In this document: positions 50,533 through 64,000 of the stretch, in pieces
How positions within the stretch are numbered: the stretch's first letter is position 1
Layout of the letters: each line of letters opens with the position of its first letter
DNA from: Bugula neritina
Taxonomy: Eukaryota; Animalia; Bryozoa
Assembly (NCBI GenBank): GCA_964035545.1
Contig: OZ037768.1
Location: forward strand, 12,843,675-12,907,674
Direction of reading: 5' to 3'
Length of the DNA stretch: 64,000 bases
Position numbers and translations under genes: made by a program
Notes under the pieces: model-generated
What the model was told of the DNA's origin: nothing
What the model saw: only the letters and a program-made list of their open reading frames with translations
The model's database searches: none

Positions 50533-53500
50533 TGTGTGCCATCTAACCTTTCTGAGTTGAGATGCAAATCTGTGTCAATGACATGCAACCAGACCGAGTA
50601 ACATCTCCTGACATTCTTCACTTTCACTCTTTCTGTGATTAAAATTGACTTAAAGCAATCACATTGGGATACGCAAATACTTTGCAGATAGGAAACTAAA
50701 AACATAGTGTATTCTACATTGGCATTACTGGTCTTATTTGTAATATTTTACAGACATTCGGTTTCAATGACCAGTGATATTTAATAACGCAATTTTGTCA
50801 TAATTTAATATATCGTTGATGCTGTCTGCTGTAGTACATTTTTATACATTTCCTTTTCCATAAAATTTCAGTTGGCGCTACTGATATATTTTATATATAT
50901 TTATGGTTATAACACTACTGTCATTAGAATTTTATTATCTGTGCACAGCGTTGGTATTTGAGTTTATTATTATATATTTTTCCTAGTTTAAAGTGTTTCT
51001 TTCACCTGTGTAAATACAATAATTAAATGCTTATATGACGCGATTATAATTGCCACCACCAAACTGTTAAATATATCATGGTTGTAGTTTTAGTACAAAT
51101 TATTGCCAGGTCTAATTTTTGCTCAGAGATTTTATAAATGCCAAGTGACTAGATACCATTTACTAGGGTGATAGCGACTGTTGTACGCTAAAATACTACC
51201 CAGCACGTACTATACCACCCACCATGATTGAACTTTACAAGCCAAATGCCTTAGAAAATATCTAAACTGAATTGATTTGCTGCCCTCAGAAGGGGAGATT
51301 TTGTTATTGTAGCAGGTAATCTTCATGCACAGTGACTCTGTCTATTATTTCAACTACATATATGTACAATCCATGTAAATACTGTGACATTAGAAAATCA
51401 TGAAATATGAGTATTCTTACAATTGGGGGCATGTGGTCCATTACTAATTTGGTCTGGTCTGGCCTGATGCAGTTATCATTTATTACATTTACTATTAGAT
51501 ACAGAAATGCCTCATTGCATGAAATGGTTTGGAGTGTGTGTGCTCTACTTTTAAGCCAGCCACTTCTATATTACTGGATATCTGCTATAGAACCACTGCT
51601 ATGCAAAAGTCTTCACTTCAATTTCAGAAAAAATGCCTATTTTTGTAGCAAGGTGTATAGTTTAACTCGCCTAATTTTCCGATTTATTCTACTTAAAATT
51701 CCAACTATTCTTCACAAAACTCAGCGTATATTTCATCTGTTAATTTTTTTTATTTATTAGATAGTACTCATAGTTTCATGCGCCTTTTAATTAGCCTATG
51801 TAAAGTAAAAATAACAAATTATTATAAAGTAATAAGCCAGCAGTACATATTAATTTGCTGAATGAATCATAATTTTATTTGTAATTATTTTGTCGAAATT
51901 ATTCTAGATGCTATGAGATTGTCTAAGTAAAATGAAAATACAAAGTATATTAGACTCTGAAAGCAGAATAGGATCCCAGTTTAAGCATTTGCATTATTAT
52001 ATTGAAATAACAAAAAAAATTCAACACAAATTTACACAGTTTAAAAGTTGGTGTGATTATTGGCTATTAGTCTTTGGCTCCAAGATTTGCCTCGGCATGG
52101 CTCACCTGCTGTTGCCTGATTCATTCTACAAAAACACTTTATTGCGATTGTTTCAACTTTTGTATTATAAAATAATCATAAATAACCTATACATGCATTA
52201 TTATAGACCTAATCAACATACTATATAGTTACACTACAATACTTAGGTATCTATAACATACAGGCTACACCATTTGGTGAACATGCTATTCTTTGCTTAC
52301 CCTACATTTGCAGGTTCAACTGTAGGACAAATACCTCCTTATATTATGCAATTATCAGCTAGGCTCTAACCAACTTGAAAAATAGCCTTTTCACGCCTGG
52401 CTATTATTTTTCTAGTGCATATAACGAGTTGCATGCAGTGTATAGCGAGTGCTCCATGCATAGGATATACTTGGTGCAAGAACATAACACTTTACAAAAT
52501 TCTACAACATCAATGAGTTGATTGACATTTGAGTCTAAGTTCTGACTGGAATATGACAAATATAGTGTTGAAGGTATACTAACAGCATTTGCTACTATAG
52601 CATCAGTGGGATGCAGATAGTACTAGCTGTAATAATGAGTTTTGCTGTAAAAGAGTGAGTGTACGGTAAGTTTTGGTTACATTATAAGCATAGAAGTAAG
52701 GATAGATCTGTTCAAATTTAAAATTATAATTAGAAATAAAATTAATAATTCTATATCTCTTACTATCTTTGTGATGAATATATAACTATACACGCCTCAG
52801 TTATTTCGAGTTGCTTGTGTTTACACAAATAAGAAACTCACTAACATTTCAGCCCTTGCTAAGCAGCCATGTGTAGTTATTCTAAAATTAGAAGAACTTT
52901 AGAGGCATATTCCTTTATTTCATATCTTACTAAATACCAACCACTAGGGCGTGAGAAGTTACAGGTTTTAGCATGAATGGGCCATTTTTTCATACTTGTA
53001 GAGGTGTGCGATTTCAGCTTGCTTCAATATTATTTACTACTGCATATACTAGTTGTAATACACTATGATGTACTACTGTAATATAAAACACTATGCAAAG
53101 ACCCTGACAAGTGTACTATATGTATATATTGTGTTAGCAAGCATTATGGCTGTATATGCACTGTATACATTTATACAACTTACAAGAAGCTATTAAGTTT
53201 AAAGAAGCTTTATTTGCTCTTTTAAGCAGGTATGTGTCAATGGAGAAGGTCTAATATTGGTTCTGCACCTATTTTTATCATTTTAGTTGTTTTTCACTTA
53301 CTGAAAGTAAGCTTACAAGTAACTGGCATGAGATTATAACATTGACTTAATCTGTTGGATTCATTTTGGATTTACTACAATGATTAATACTTCTAAATAT
53401 AATAATATTCTGTACTGATAAGTGTTATATCATCCTGTAATTTGTGTCCATGTGGCCTGTTTGTGAAGTGAATGGCATCTATCATCTCCTTAATAGTATT

Positions 53501-56500
53501 AAAGTTGCATCCTACCTCATGATCACTTTAATTGAAACATAGCTTTATAAAGATGTACTGAGAAAGTATTATTGGTATCAAACTTAAACAACAAACTCTT
53601 CTATTTTTAAAACTTTAAAAGTACAGTAATCTTTTTTATTGTCACAAGCCTGTCAAGAAGGTTCAATATTGATCAACAGAACTTTGGCAGAGAGCAGTTC
53701 AGGACAAACAGTTTAGCCTATGAAACTATTTCCAGTGGTCAGGTAGGTGTGAGATAGCTTATTGTCTGGCCACTAAAGGAAATTGTGTAACAGTTCAAAT
53801 TAAAATGTGTCAGCCATAACAACTTCCAGCTCTTCATTTAAATATGATTTTATATTAATAATTAGGATAAAATAGTAACTTATTAACACCTCTACTTAAT
53901 GTAATTTGGTGCATACATAGAATGAAAAATGAAATAATTTGAAATAAAAGAAGCTGTTTTATTGAACATTTCAATATTAAACTTCAAAATACGAGAGAGT
54001 ATTTTTTATTATAGTGTTAACTCACCCATATATTGACATTAAACTTAGTTCTTTTTAAATACTCTGATATAAGTTGATATAATCCAAGTCACCATTATGC
54101 ACATTAAGAACTATTTTCTAGTGATTTTTTTTCCAAATATGTCTTTTTTCTGTCAAAAGTACAAGTTTGTCAAATATATGATTACATTGAAACTGTTTTA
54201 TATTAATTTAAATTGTGATGAATACAATATATTTATATTGTATTTTCTAAAAATCAAAAATATTCAATGCACTTTGGCCTATAATACTCCAAGATGCTGA
54301 TTTATAATAATATTTGAAAATTTACCATCGTTAATAGTTCCATGCTGTGATTCAATATTAGTCCGTTCAGCTACATATTAAATGCCAGCATTTAGTATTG
54401 AAACGAAAATAATATGAACTGAAATGAAAGCAATAATTATAGTTATCTACTGCTTCAGCAAAATCTTTAATTCAAATATTCTAAATAAAGTTATAATCAT
54501 TACAAAAGTGACTTTTAGAGGTTGAAATGGGTTACCTTCCCATGACTGCATGAAGAGATTTATGATGAAGCAACTATAAGCCCGCCTTCAATTTTGATTG
54601 GATATGGCTCTGCTAATAGCCTTCTTCAGATCCATGATGTTAGATAACAATTTAGCTTATTTTACTATAAAAAGCTGAACTTGCCTTACCCCTGACTTTA
54701 AAGCCAAGTCCAGTCATCACTAATGATCATCCTAGATAGTATTTATATTCTTTACTTTTCTCTTGTGTTTTCGCAACATTTGACCGCTTCTGACAACTTA
54801 GAATAACATTACCTAATTCCCGGCTACATTTCATAGTCAAATACTACATGCTTTACCATAAAATTGACACATAGGAATCAATTTGCAACTGATTTTCTGG
54901 TAAGTAGTGGATATTTTCTTGTATGCATGGATGCAATTGTCTATTGCGACATCTTTAGAAGTTTGTGGTCTATCTTGTCAATTTGATTTTACTGAATGAA
55001 ATGAAGTAGCATTTGATACTTCTTGAGCAAAAATTTATCTTCATAGCATGAATAACAATAATTCATACTCATGAAGCGGCAAATATTAGCTACTTACGTA
55101 AACATATAATATTGATTTTAACAATACTTAAGAGTTTATAATAGTTACGTGATTTCACTTAAAGTAGTCCACAGTGTGTTGGTAGGTGACGCAAGTCTAT
55201 CTGCACACAAGGATATTTTTAACAGCTTTTACTTTACCACAACATAATCTGCATGAAAACAGTCTGGTGGTGTGTAAAGCTTCCTAACTAGTAGCATAAG
55301 CTGCATAAAGTCATTGTTAAGAAACCATAATCTTAGATCCTTAATGTTCTTTTGACTTTCAATGCCTGTCTAGTAACAGATGGAACTCCGTGTATTTCCA
55401 ACTGACAGCGCTGTTAGCAATTTTTAGTAAGGGAACACTAATATACAAATTGTTGCAACATACTTTAGTACAAAATGCATGCTCATCAGCAATACATTGC
55501 GACTAAAACAGTATGAAAACAATTGCAAGACATAATTTTTCCAGCTATGTGTTGCTGATTAGCCTATGGTGAGAATAATTATTATTTTACCTGTACATAA
55601 ATAATTACCTGTAAACCTGGCGCTGTGTGACTACCTTGAATGCACTGGACAGTGGTCAGATCTGAATATAAATGTGCTTTGTCTCTGTATAATATTTTAT
55701 AGCGTCATACTATTTCTATTTAGTCATATTGTTTTTGTTTTTCAGTTCTTTGACTTCATTAAAGCCATTTTTCAAAGTGCAGTTTCTATGTTGAAATTTT
55801 TTTGCATATTATTGCTTTGCATTCAAATGCTGTTGCTGTATGTTTTAGAACTAGCTTAAAGGTGAACATTTGGAATGGTGAAAATCTTCTAAGTTATTGT
55901 TTTGATACAAGGTAAGAGATAATAATGTCATATTGTTGGTGTACCCAAGTAACACTAGCTTGGATTTTGTTACAATAATTCTAGCAATGATACCAAACAT
56001 ATTTTTCTGTATTTCAAGAACTTAGTGATAAGTAAATATAATAATTAGTTTTGAGTTCTATATTTGAATTATTTTTTCTTCGAAAAGTAATCATATTGCG
56101 GTTGTAAAAAGAATACCACATGTTTTGCCAGTCAGTTTGACAATGCAATAGTCACTTCAGTAAAATAATAGTAGCTAACATTATATAAACAAGGTACAAT
56201 TTTCAATATTAAATACTTAATATAAAACAAGGAGCAATTTCACATTTATATAGAAATATCAAACTGATGAACTACTGTTATTTTAATGTCAACATCTATA
56301 AGTTAGTGAATAAGCTCCTATCCCCTCCCCGTCAACATAGTGCGTGGACCACCCCAACTGGGATTCCTTTGCGAGAGCAGAGGTTTGTTCATTTAGTCTA
56401 TTTATTACTTTTTGACTTAATATTAGAATTCATGTTGGATTAACTCTGATTTCATAAAAGATTACTTTACGAAGCTAAATGCATAAACGAACCGCAATGG

Positions 56501-59500
56501 GCCTGAAGCTCTAATAACCTCTTCCATTAAATTATGCAATTAATCAATGTCCAAACAGGACTTTTAATTAATTCTTGTGTGCAGTTATGTAACAGACTAT
56601 GATCATCACTAGTGCAAGACTTGTGGTTTCTTAAATATAAATGACGCTTTGTTGAGTGAATGAAAACAAAAATTGATGCATTTTTAATAAAGAAAAATGA
56701 GAAAATTACAACATACCTTATTGAGCAGGCTGAGAAAAAAGTTACACATGCATCATATGAAACATTGTGTTTAAATCACCTAAGGTACCTGTGGTATTTA
56801 TAGTATGTCATAAGAGCATATCTAGTTAATATTTTTCTACTACTTGGTGGTACTTTGTGATAAATTTGTGGTTGCGGTCTTCCTTCAGGCCAGTACATTG
56901 GATGACTGTGAGATGTCTGCGTGCAAAGTATACCAAAAACAAATTAATTATTATTGAAACATGGTACATCTGGTTAAAGTTTGTAAATTCTATTTGAACA
57001 GATTACAGCATAGATTATAAGACTACAATAATTGGTTTTATCACTGCATATAGATAGTCAAAGTTTTCATATGTTGCAGCTTCAGCCACCACCTTTCTTT
57101 GTCTGATTTTCATAATTATTACACAGACAAAATACATTTACTAGGTCTTAGTTTTGCATTGCATTCCGATTTTAGTAAATTAACTTGTATTTAGTATTAA
57201 TAGCTAAGCGTTATACCAAAAACTCTCTAATGAATTTGAACATTTTCAATTGTGAATAAATTTAGGAGCTAAGCAAATTTAGAATTGCTATGAAGACAAA
57301 CATTAAATTTTTAAGTGACGTCCTTCATTCATCTTTAGAGTGTCGCGTTTGACCAAGGAACTTTGAGAACTACTGGAGGATTTCATTTGCAAACTTAGTG
57401 ATTATTTTACTAAAAGCGTTTAATGTATTTCTTGTAATGTTATTAGCAGCAAAATATAGTTTTCGATTGGGTAGGCAGTTGCCAAAAGCACGGGGATATA
57501 ATATTTTGTTATAGCAACTATAAGGAAATAAAGCTAGACCAGCAGTAGTAGTTAGTAGCATTGGCATGCAATATGTGATCAAAGTAAAAGTTATTTCAGT
57601 TCTACTAACTTCTGCGCACAGCAACAGCTGTTATGTTGAATATGTTATAAGGAAGATGTTAAAGAGCATTGATAACTTTAGCTTGATAAATAAACAATAG
57701 GTAAATATGACAATAATAAAAGATTATTGCATTATTTGTAAAGTTGCGCATTAAATAGAGATTATCTAGACAATATGAACTGTTTTCAGACACAAATTGA
57801 CAAAGATAACAACTAGTTTAATTACCCTAACTGTATATTTTACTTTAACGTATTTTCATAGTTATAACTGTTATCACTGCTATTTATTTTACTAAGGTTT
57901 TATCTATTATTCATGTTTTCAGTTATATGTGTGTTCTGTCTAAAGTAAAAATTATGCTTTATTCACATTAGAATTATATATACATTGTATATATTGTATA
58001 TGTACGTATATATATGTAATGCAATATTTGAAAGTGGCTTGCCTATGTTGCTATATTTTTGCAAAAAAAAGTTAGGTTGCTAAAAGTTTGATTCTTCAGT
58101 TTTCAAGTAGGAAGTTAAATTAAAACAAGTCGAATAAATTAAATCTTTATTTAACAAATCTGAAACTATAAAATTCCTAGTAGTGCCCAACATTCCTGCA
58201 TTAGGACATAACCTATGCCTACCCTGGTAAAATATTACAAATGCCTGAAACTTTGATCAGTGCTTTTTACATGTGGGCGCTGTGAAATATACAAAGTGAT
58301 TATGTTTCTGAAACTACATTATCTTATGAAGGTTGAAGCAGCTCTAACTATTTTATAACATATCTGCAATCATAATTCAACACAACATAATAAGTAACAA
58401 GTTTTATCCTATCTCATAACACAACTCCCAACGAAACGGGCCTGAACCGAAAGGGTAATGAAGACCAAAAGCTGCTGAAATAGTAATGCCAAAAAGCTAT
58501 TCAATTATTTTGTATTTTTTGTTTTAGATTTTGAATTTTGTTCATACCTGGCTTGTAGTTTTGTAGCTCTGAACATCATGTAGGTGTTGCACATATATTT
58601 ATTCAAAAATTGTCAACACATGTTTCGAATTTTGGCAAAGGCTGTGTTTTTCACAATGCTATAATGTAAATAATTGTGAAAAGGTTGGAGAAAACTTTCC
58701 CATAACTATAAGTAGAGTATAATTTACATCTTAAATATTTTAGATAAAATTATTTTAATTTGCCTCTGGCTGTTGCCATTGCGTTGTCAGATATGACTCA
58801 GTTGGTTCAAGGTATGACCTACCTGGATTATTTGCCATACAGACTGCTCTAGTATACTGTAACTCTGCAATGTAGAATAATAATGGCCTAACAACAATAT
58901 TATTGTTAGGCCATAGGAAAAGAATTGAGTAACATCTCATTACCTCCCTGTACAAAGCACGTGGCAGGAACAGTGATACTGTATTATGATATGCATAATA
59001 TGTAGTTTTGATATTAAGCACAACTTTCAAGTGCTTTCTATTATTCCTACATTGTTTAGTATATACTATGATGACAGAAATTCTAAAATCATATCATATT
59101 GCAATAGTGTATAATCTATCACATAACTGGTTTATAATCTCTTCACAGTATATAATTTGTAATTAGTGGCTTGTAATTGGCCAGTTTCATATGCTACATA
59201 CAATAGTTGGGCACATGTAGCATGTGACTGTAAACTTGCACCACGGCATCATTTACTAACTTTATTTTGTCATTTTGACAGTATAATACTGAGACTATAT
59301 TGACTAATTGAAATCAGCTGATGTAATTGATCAAATGTGTTGTTGATGTACATTTGAGACAGCACTGAATATTCTTGTGAGTAACTACCTTGTGGAGTTA
59401 TGACCCCATTGAATAAATTCCCAGTGCTATGTTATTTGCGTACCATAGTATAGGCTACGAGGGTTGGTTGCTATAAGCTGATAGCTGTCATGCAGCATAG

Positions 59501-61310
59501 CTCAAGCTGCCACCTCCAAAATTTTTTGCGTAAAATCATGGCAGGTAAACAAGAATATGAGTTGACTGTTGCATGTTCTGGAAGACGTTATCCAGTCACA
59601 TTTGGTTAGCAGTTGCAATATTTACTATAGACTGTAGACTATCACTTTGAACTAGCTATAAGAGCAGTGTTAGTCTAAGCCGTATCCTGTTTATTAATAA
59701 AAGTTAAAGCCTACATGCTTTTGCAGGTTTAGAACAATATACCACTCTGGTTGGGCTACACAGTTAAATGTTATTGTAGTATTACATTTTCTGGTGCACC
59801 TCTAGCCTATACTGCTATATATACTTCTTTAACATGTTTTTGGTGGTGGTAAAACAAAACTGCTTTCTTTAAATTACTTCAGCAGGTTATTGGAAGATGT
59901 ATGTAACTCCTATAGTAATTTATATATAGGGAAGTACTGTAATTTATAAGGGGCAAGCGCATAAGCAGCATAGCGTGCATGTAATAGAATACACATTTGT
60001 TCAGCATCATGTCTTCTAATAAGTTGTCAACAATAATATGTTGTTGGTGCTGTTTTGTTTGTTATTATACCAACCAAACATTAGTTTGCTGGCATTAGCT
60101 GAAGGCTGAAGGTACACAGCCTAATACAATGATTGATAGTACCTGAAGAGTGCAAGATGATCCTACTAGGATTCCTAGCGGGTAGGTATAGGTGAAATCT
60201 GATAAGTTCATACTACAGACACTTGATCATTTTAGCATAAATAGCTTCTAGCATAATAATTTATTTTCTATAAATAAAATAACATCTCTCTACTGGAAAA
60301 AAACACGTATACTGTTGCATACTTAGCTAGATACTATCAGCTTGACATTCAGGTAGACAATTTAATCAGTTGAACAAAAATGTTTAACAATGCATAATTT
60401 TAGTTAGTCGTGCTAGTTGGGAAGGTGATTCTTTAAATTCTGATGTATATATTAAAGGTAGTAACTTAGTAACTCCAAAGTTTATATTTACCTGATTGTG
60501 AATTATTGATCTGGTACTTTATAGTGGAAACTGCACTGTATGCCTGCATTCTACTTTGTGATTTTAAGCGCAGTCAAGTGCTATGATCGTTATAGATAGT
60601 TGATTAATTGATTAAGTGCATATAGTTATATATAAATTTACGGGATGGTAAGCTTAGTTTTATACTTAATAAGTTAATTAGAATATACTGTCTTAGAAAT
60701 AGAAATATATTGTGTTGTTAATTATTAGTTACATTATCTTTACACCTAGAATATGGACAGGGAATAATCTTTGTCTGGACTTGCTCTATATTGTCTTTTA
60801 TTAGCTGATTTGAATTATGATTTGCATTATTGCATAGATCAAGTTGTGACTCATTTATTGGAAGTTTGTGTAACAAAACTCTATATGATCATAATTATAT
60901 CTCCTAAAACTTGAATACTTGAATGCATTTAGCATAAAACAACATTTATATTTTTATTAATATTTTTGATAATATGAGAACTATTAAACTGATTCATGTC
61001 CACAACGATTTAGAGATACAATCTATGTAGATTCTCTTCCTTTCTATTTTAGCACAATAATTGATAAAATAATTCATTTCATAAACTAAATGGTTTATTG
61101 GTTTATTGGTTTGCATCAAACTTGGTAACTTTCTTCTAAATACAATAATGGCGCCAAATGTTATAAAGCGTCACACAAAGAAATAAGAGCTAGAAACTTC
61201 ATTGAGGATCACCAGACGCTTTTACAAAACCTTTCTAACAGAACCAACTGTTATTTTGTATTCTGGTGAATTTTTTCGGTGAATTACATAATTTGTCTAT
61301 CTATTTTTAG

Positions 61311-63260
61311 ATGCCGAGAATGTGTCTACTGTGGTACACAATCCTATCTATGAGTTTTATGGTTGGTACATACACTGAGGGGGCATCTTTCCCCATCTCC
61401 ATGAATATGATTCTGGCCCCCACAGCCACAACGCCTAGTAAGTCAGTTCTATTTTAGTAGATCTCAGTCTACTAGAAAGCCTGCTAGTTCTTGTTGTGGC
61501 TTACATTTAATAAATCCTGCCATTTATTATTTTGGTGGTCAGTTGTATGTACAATTTCTATTAAATAAAATGATCTATGGCTCTTCAACATAAATGCAAC
61601 CTTATATATTATGGACTTTTAGTTGCTTGTTTTCCACTGAACTATCTGCTTGTAACATGAATTACTGATATAACCACTTTTACTGATAGTGCACACATAA
61701 GCAGATATGGATCTCATTTTTTGTGGCCATCAAGAGGTGAACTACTTGCAAGTGGCATTGTTTTACAAGATATAGAACCTTAGCCAGCTAGCATAAATTA
61801 CCCTCATGGATAATGTACATTAATTATCAGTTTGCTGAATCTCATATAGAATTAAAAGTATATTAGTATGTACTGCAGGATGTAGAAAAAACGAATAATC
61901 TGAACAATATATCAAATTTATATTACATAATGCACAGGTTAGCGTTGTTCATTGCCAGTTTTAGTGATACGTAACACCTTATTGAAGATGATCCAGCTCA
62001 TTTAAATTCATTAGATCTCATGAATTGACTTCATGCAATTTTCTAAATTTTAATCTGTCACATAGTCGAAAATTTCTCACATATTAAATTTTAAAGTTAG
62101 TAACCACTGCACTACTGCAGCTTTAGCATTGTTATGATATCACCTGCAAACCTGTTGACCTTCGAAAATATTGTTGATGTGTGTTGAATGTTTTTCCAGT
62201 CTAAAAATAGCTGCAGCTGAAGCTAGCTTGTTCTACCAACTAAATGAGCAGTGATTGCTTAGCATAGTTTATTTGGTTGATCAGAATCTAAACAAACTGG
62301 TGTAGGTTCTAACAATATTTTTTAGACAAGTATTTTGCAAATTATTAGGTTGAAGCATTGGATGCAGTGTTTATCTCATGTACATTGTAGTGTCTCGCTA
62401 TGAACAGGCAGCATTACTGCAAGAAAGAGTAAGCATCAAACAGAAATGGCCAGCAGATACAGAAATAAACAATGATAAAGAAAATATTGTCATTGGATAC
62501 ATCACATCTGGTGACGTCACCAACCGCCACCTGAGCAGGGAGGGAATTTTCTCCGAGCCACAGTCTTCGTTTTTCAATGATGGGGCGTTGACAGTAGCCT
62601 TAGAGGAAATAAACAACCATACTGAAATACTGCCTAATCACAACGTAAGAGATACTATCTAGTAATTACAGCTGGAGAGCATTTTGTCTCATTGCCAATT
62701 TTTGATCGAAAAGATTTAGTTTATGTTATCTTTATATAAAGCTGGCGCTTTAAACCAGTTTATTCTAGGAGACTGTTTTGAATAAATGCCATAAGCAAGC
62801 AGGAAATTTACTAAGTTCTACCTAATCACCTATAATTGTTTAGATTTAAACATAAAACAATTAAACATCAATTGCTTTCTAGCTTTATTTTTTTTAAGTT
62901 GATTGTATGATTTTTTCAATAGTTTGCAGTTTGAAAAGCTGTTGATCTCTGAATGTGATTACTCACTAATTGTTGAAACCTTGGCTAGAAGAGAGATTAA
63001 TAATATTAGTTTCGTGTTATTCAATTATCCTGTCTATTCCCACAGCTCCACCCAAATGTACCTATGATTGAACATGGTGAATGTTGTATTTTCAGCTCCA
63101 GGTATTAGTGGCAGAGACGAATGGATACAACGTCTTTAGTGTTACTCAAACATCACGACTATATCGCCAACATAATGTGTCAGCCATCATTGGCCCTCCA
63201 TTTTCTTGTGTATCCGAGGCCAAAATTGCTGGAATACTTGATCGGGCCATGATTTCATAT
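61311..63260 (+). CDS. 5' exons of a receptor-type guanylyl cyclase-like protein (signal peptide + ANF-receptor ligand-binding domain); gene continues beyond the window
   Basis: In-frame exons 61311-61437 (MPRMCLLWYTILSMSFMVGTYTEG, signal-like), 62391-62644 (IVIGYIT...GALTVALEEINNHTEILPNHN) and 63096-63260 (VSAIIGPPFSCVSEAKIAGILDRAMISY). The cyclase domain is not visible, so another ANF-domain receptor is possible. Confidence 0.8.
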
Positions 63261-64000
63261 GTGAGTATATATAAATGCATCATTGACTGATTGCATACAG
63301 AAAAAGTAATACAACTTATTTTTGCACTCAGTGTTTTAATACACAATTGTCATAAATTTCCCTGCACACTTATACTATGCACTGTTTAATATACAAATGT
63401 TTTACATATAATGGCAGCAAGACAATTAATTTACTGTCAAAAAGCATCAGAGTACTACAGATCATATACCATCTACATGTACCTCTGTATTACATTCTAA
63501 AATAGTTCTACATATTATAATGTCGTGTTAATAAGAAACATTTTCTATGTTATTTTTTTAATTAATTCTGTAATAGGATAGGCAATTTCACTAACCTAGA
63601 GCATTTTTACACACCATGGGTCAACTGCAAGCAACAAGTTAAAAAAAGTGCAGTAGTATAGAAATTTGTACTGTTGCTTCTTAAGTATGTTTATATTTGG
63701 CAACTCAACTTTCACAAAAATAATTAAGATGTCTTCCATGTCAGAGTTACATGATAATCTTACAATTTCCCTGTCAACACAATCATCAGGTTTTGTTTCA
63801 GTGTAGCTATTTTGACATGCTTTGACAAGTGGTATAGTAGCTTTTAGTGTCCAGTTCAACATCTCTAGAATATCTACTAAATTAGCATAAATTCAATTAA
63901 TGTGGGCAATAAAACTGACTTGGACAACCAATATGTTACACTGGTCTCTTTGAAATACAATGAGCGACAGGCACAATGACCCAGTACACAGATAGTTTGC

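Noticed and set aside
54530-55640. Slightly GC-richer stretch suspected to be a decayed transposase
   Set aside because: Manual translation gave multiple stops and no recognisable motif.
51000-61300. Short ORFs in the long region upstream of the receptor gene
   Set aside because: Low-complexity AT-rich translations without domains or consistent exon chains; treated as intergenic or 5' intronic DNA.

Overview
AT-rich, intron-rich eukaryotic (invertebrate animal) genomic DNA; the species cannot be determined from sequence alone. By joining exons across splice sites by hand I reconstruct seven genes: (1) the 3' part of an NHL/beta-propeller-like gene broken by a repeat (239-1325, +); (2) a ~495-aa 'mini-ankyrin' with ~6 ANK repeats and a single ZU5 domain (3685-9486, +); (3) CCDC17 (13430-17211, -); (4) metaxin-1/3 (27646-30090, +); (5) SMIM7, which the ORF track misses because its exons are tiny (30311-32265, -); (6) PRC1/MAP65-Ase1 (40926-50532, +), with a GC-AG last intron and a candidate alternative last exon; and (7) the 5' end of a receptor guanylyl cyclase-like (ANF-receptor domain) gene (from 61311, +). 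Introns and intergenic DNA carry many non-autonomous TIR elements (PIF/Harbinger-like, hAT-like, TA-flanked; two are nested), a tRNA-derived SINE, a decayed LINE, fold-back DNA, and kilobase blocks of degenerate 3/6-nt-periodic sequence that switch strand. The most notable observations are: a pair of MITE ends that has captured ~300 bp of nearby host DNA (20584-20921) beside an intact MITE; transposon insertions that land exactly on, yet preserve, a splice donor (5675) and a stop codon (13430); the truncated ankyrin architecture; and the strand-switching periodic DNA. All gene models are manual and need RNA support.
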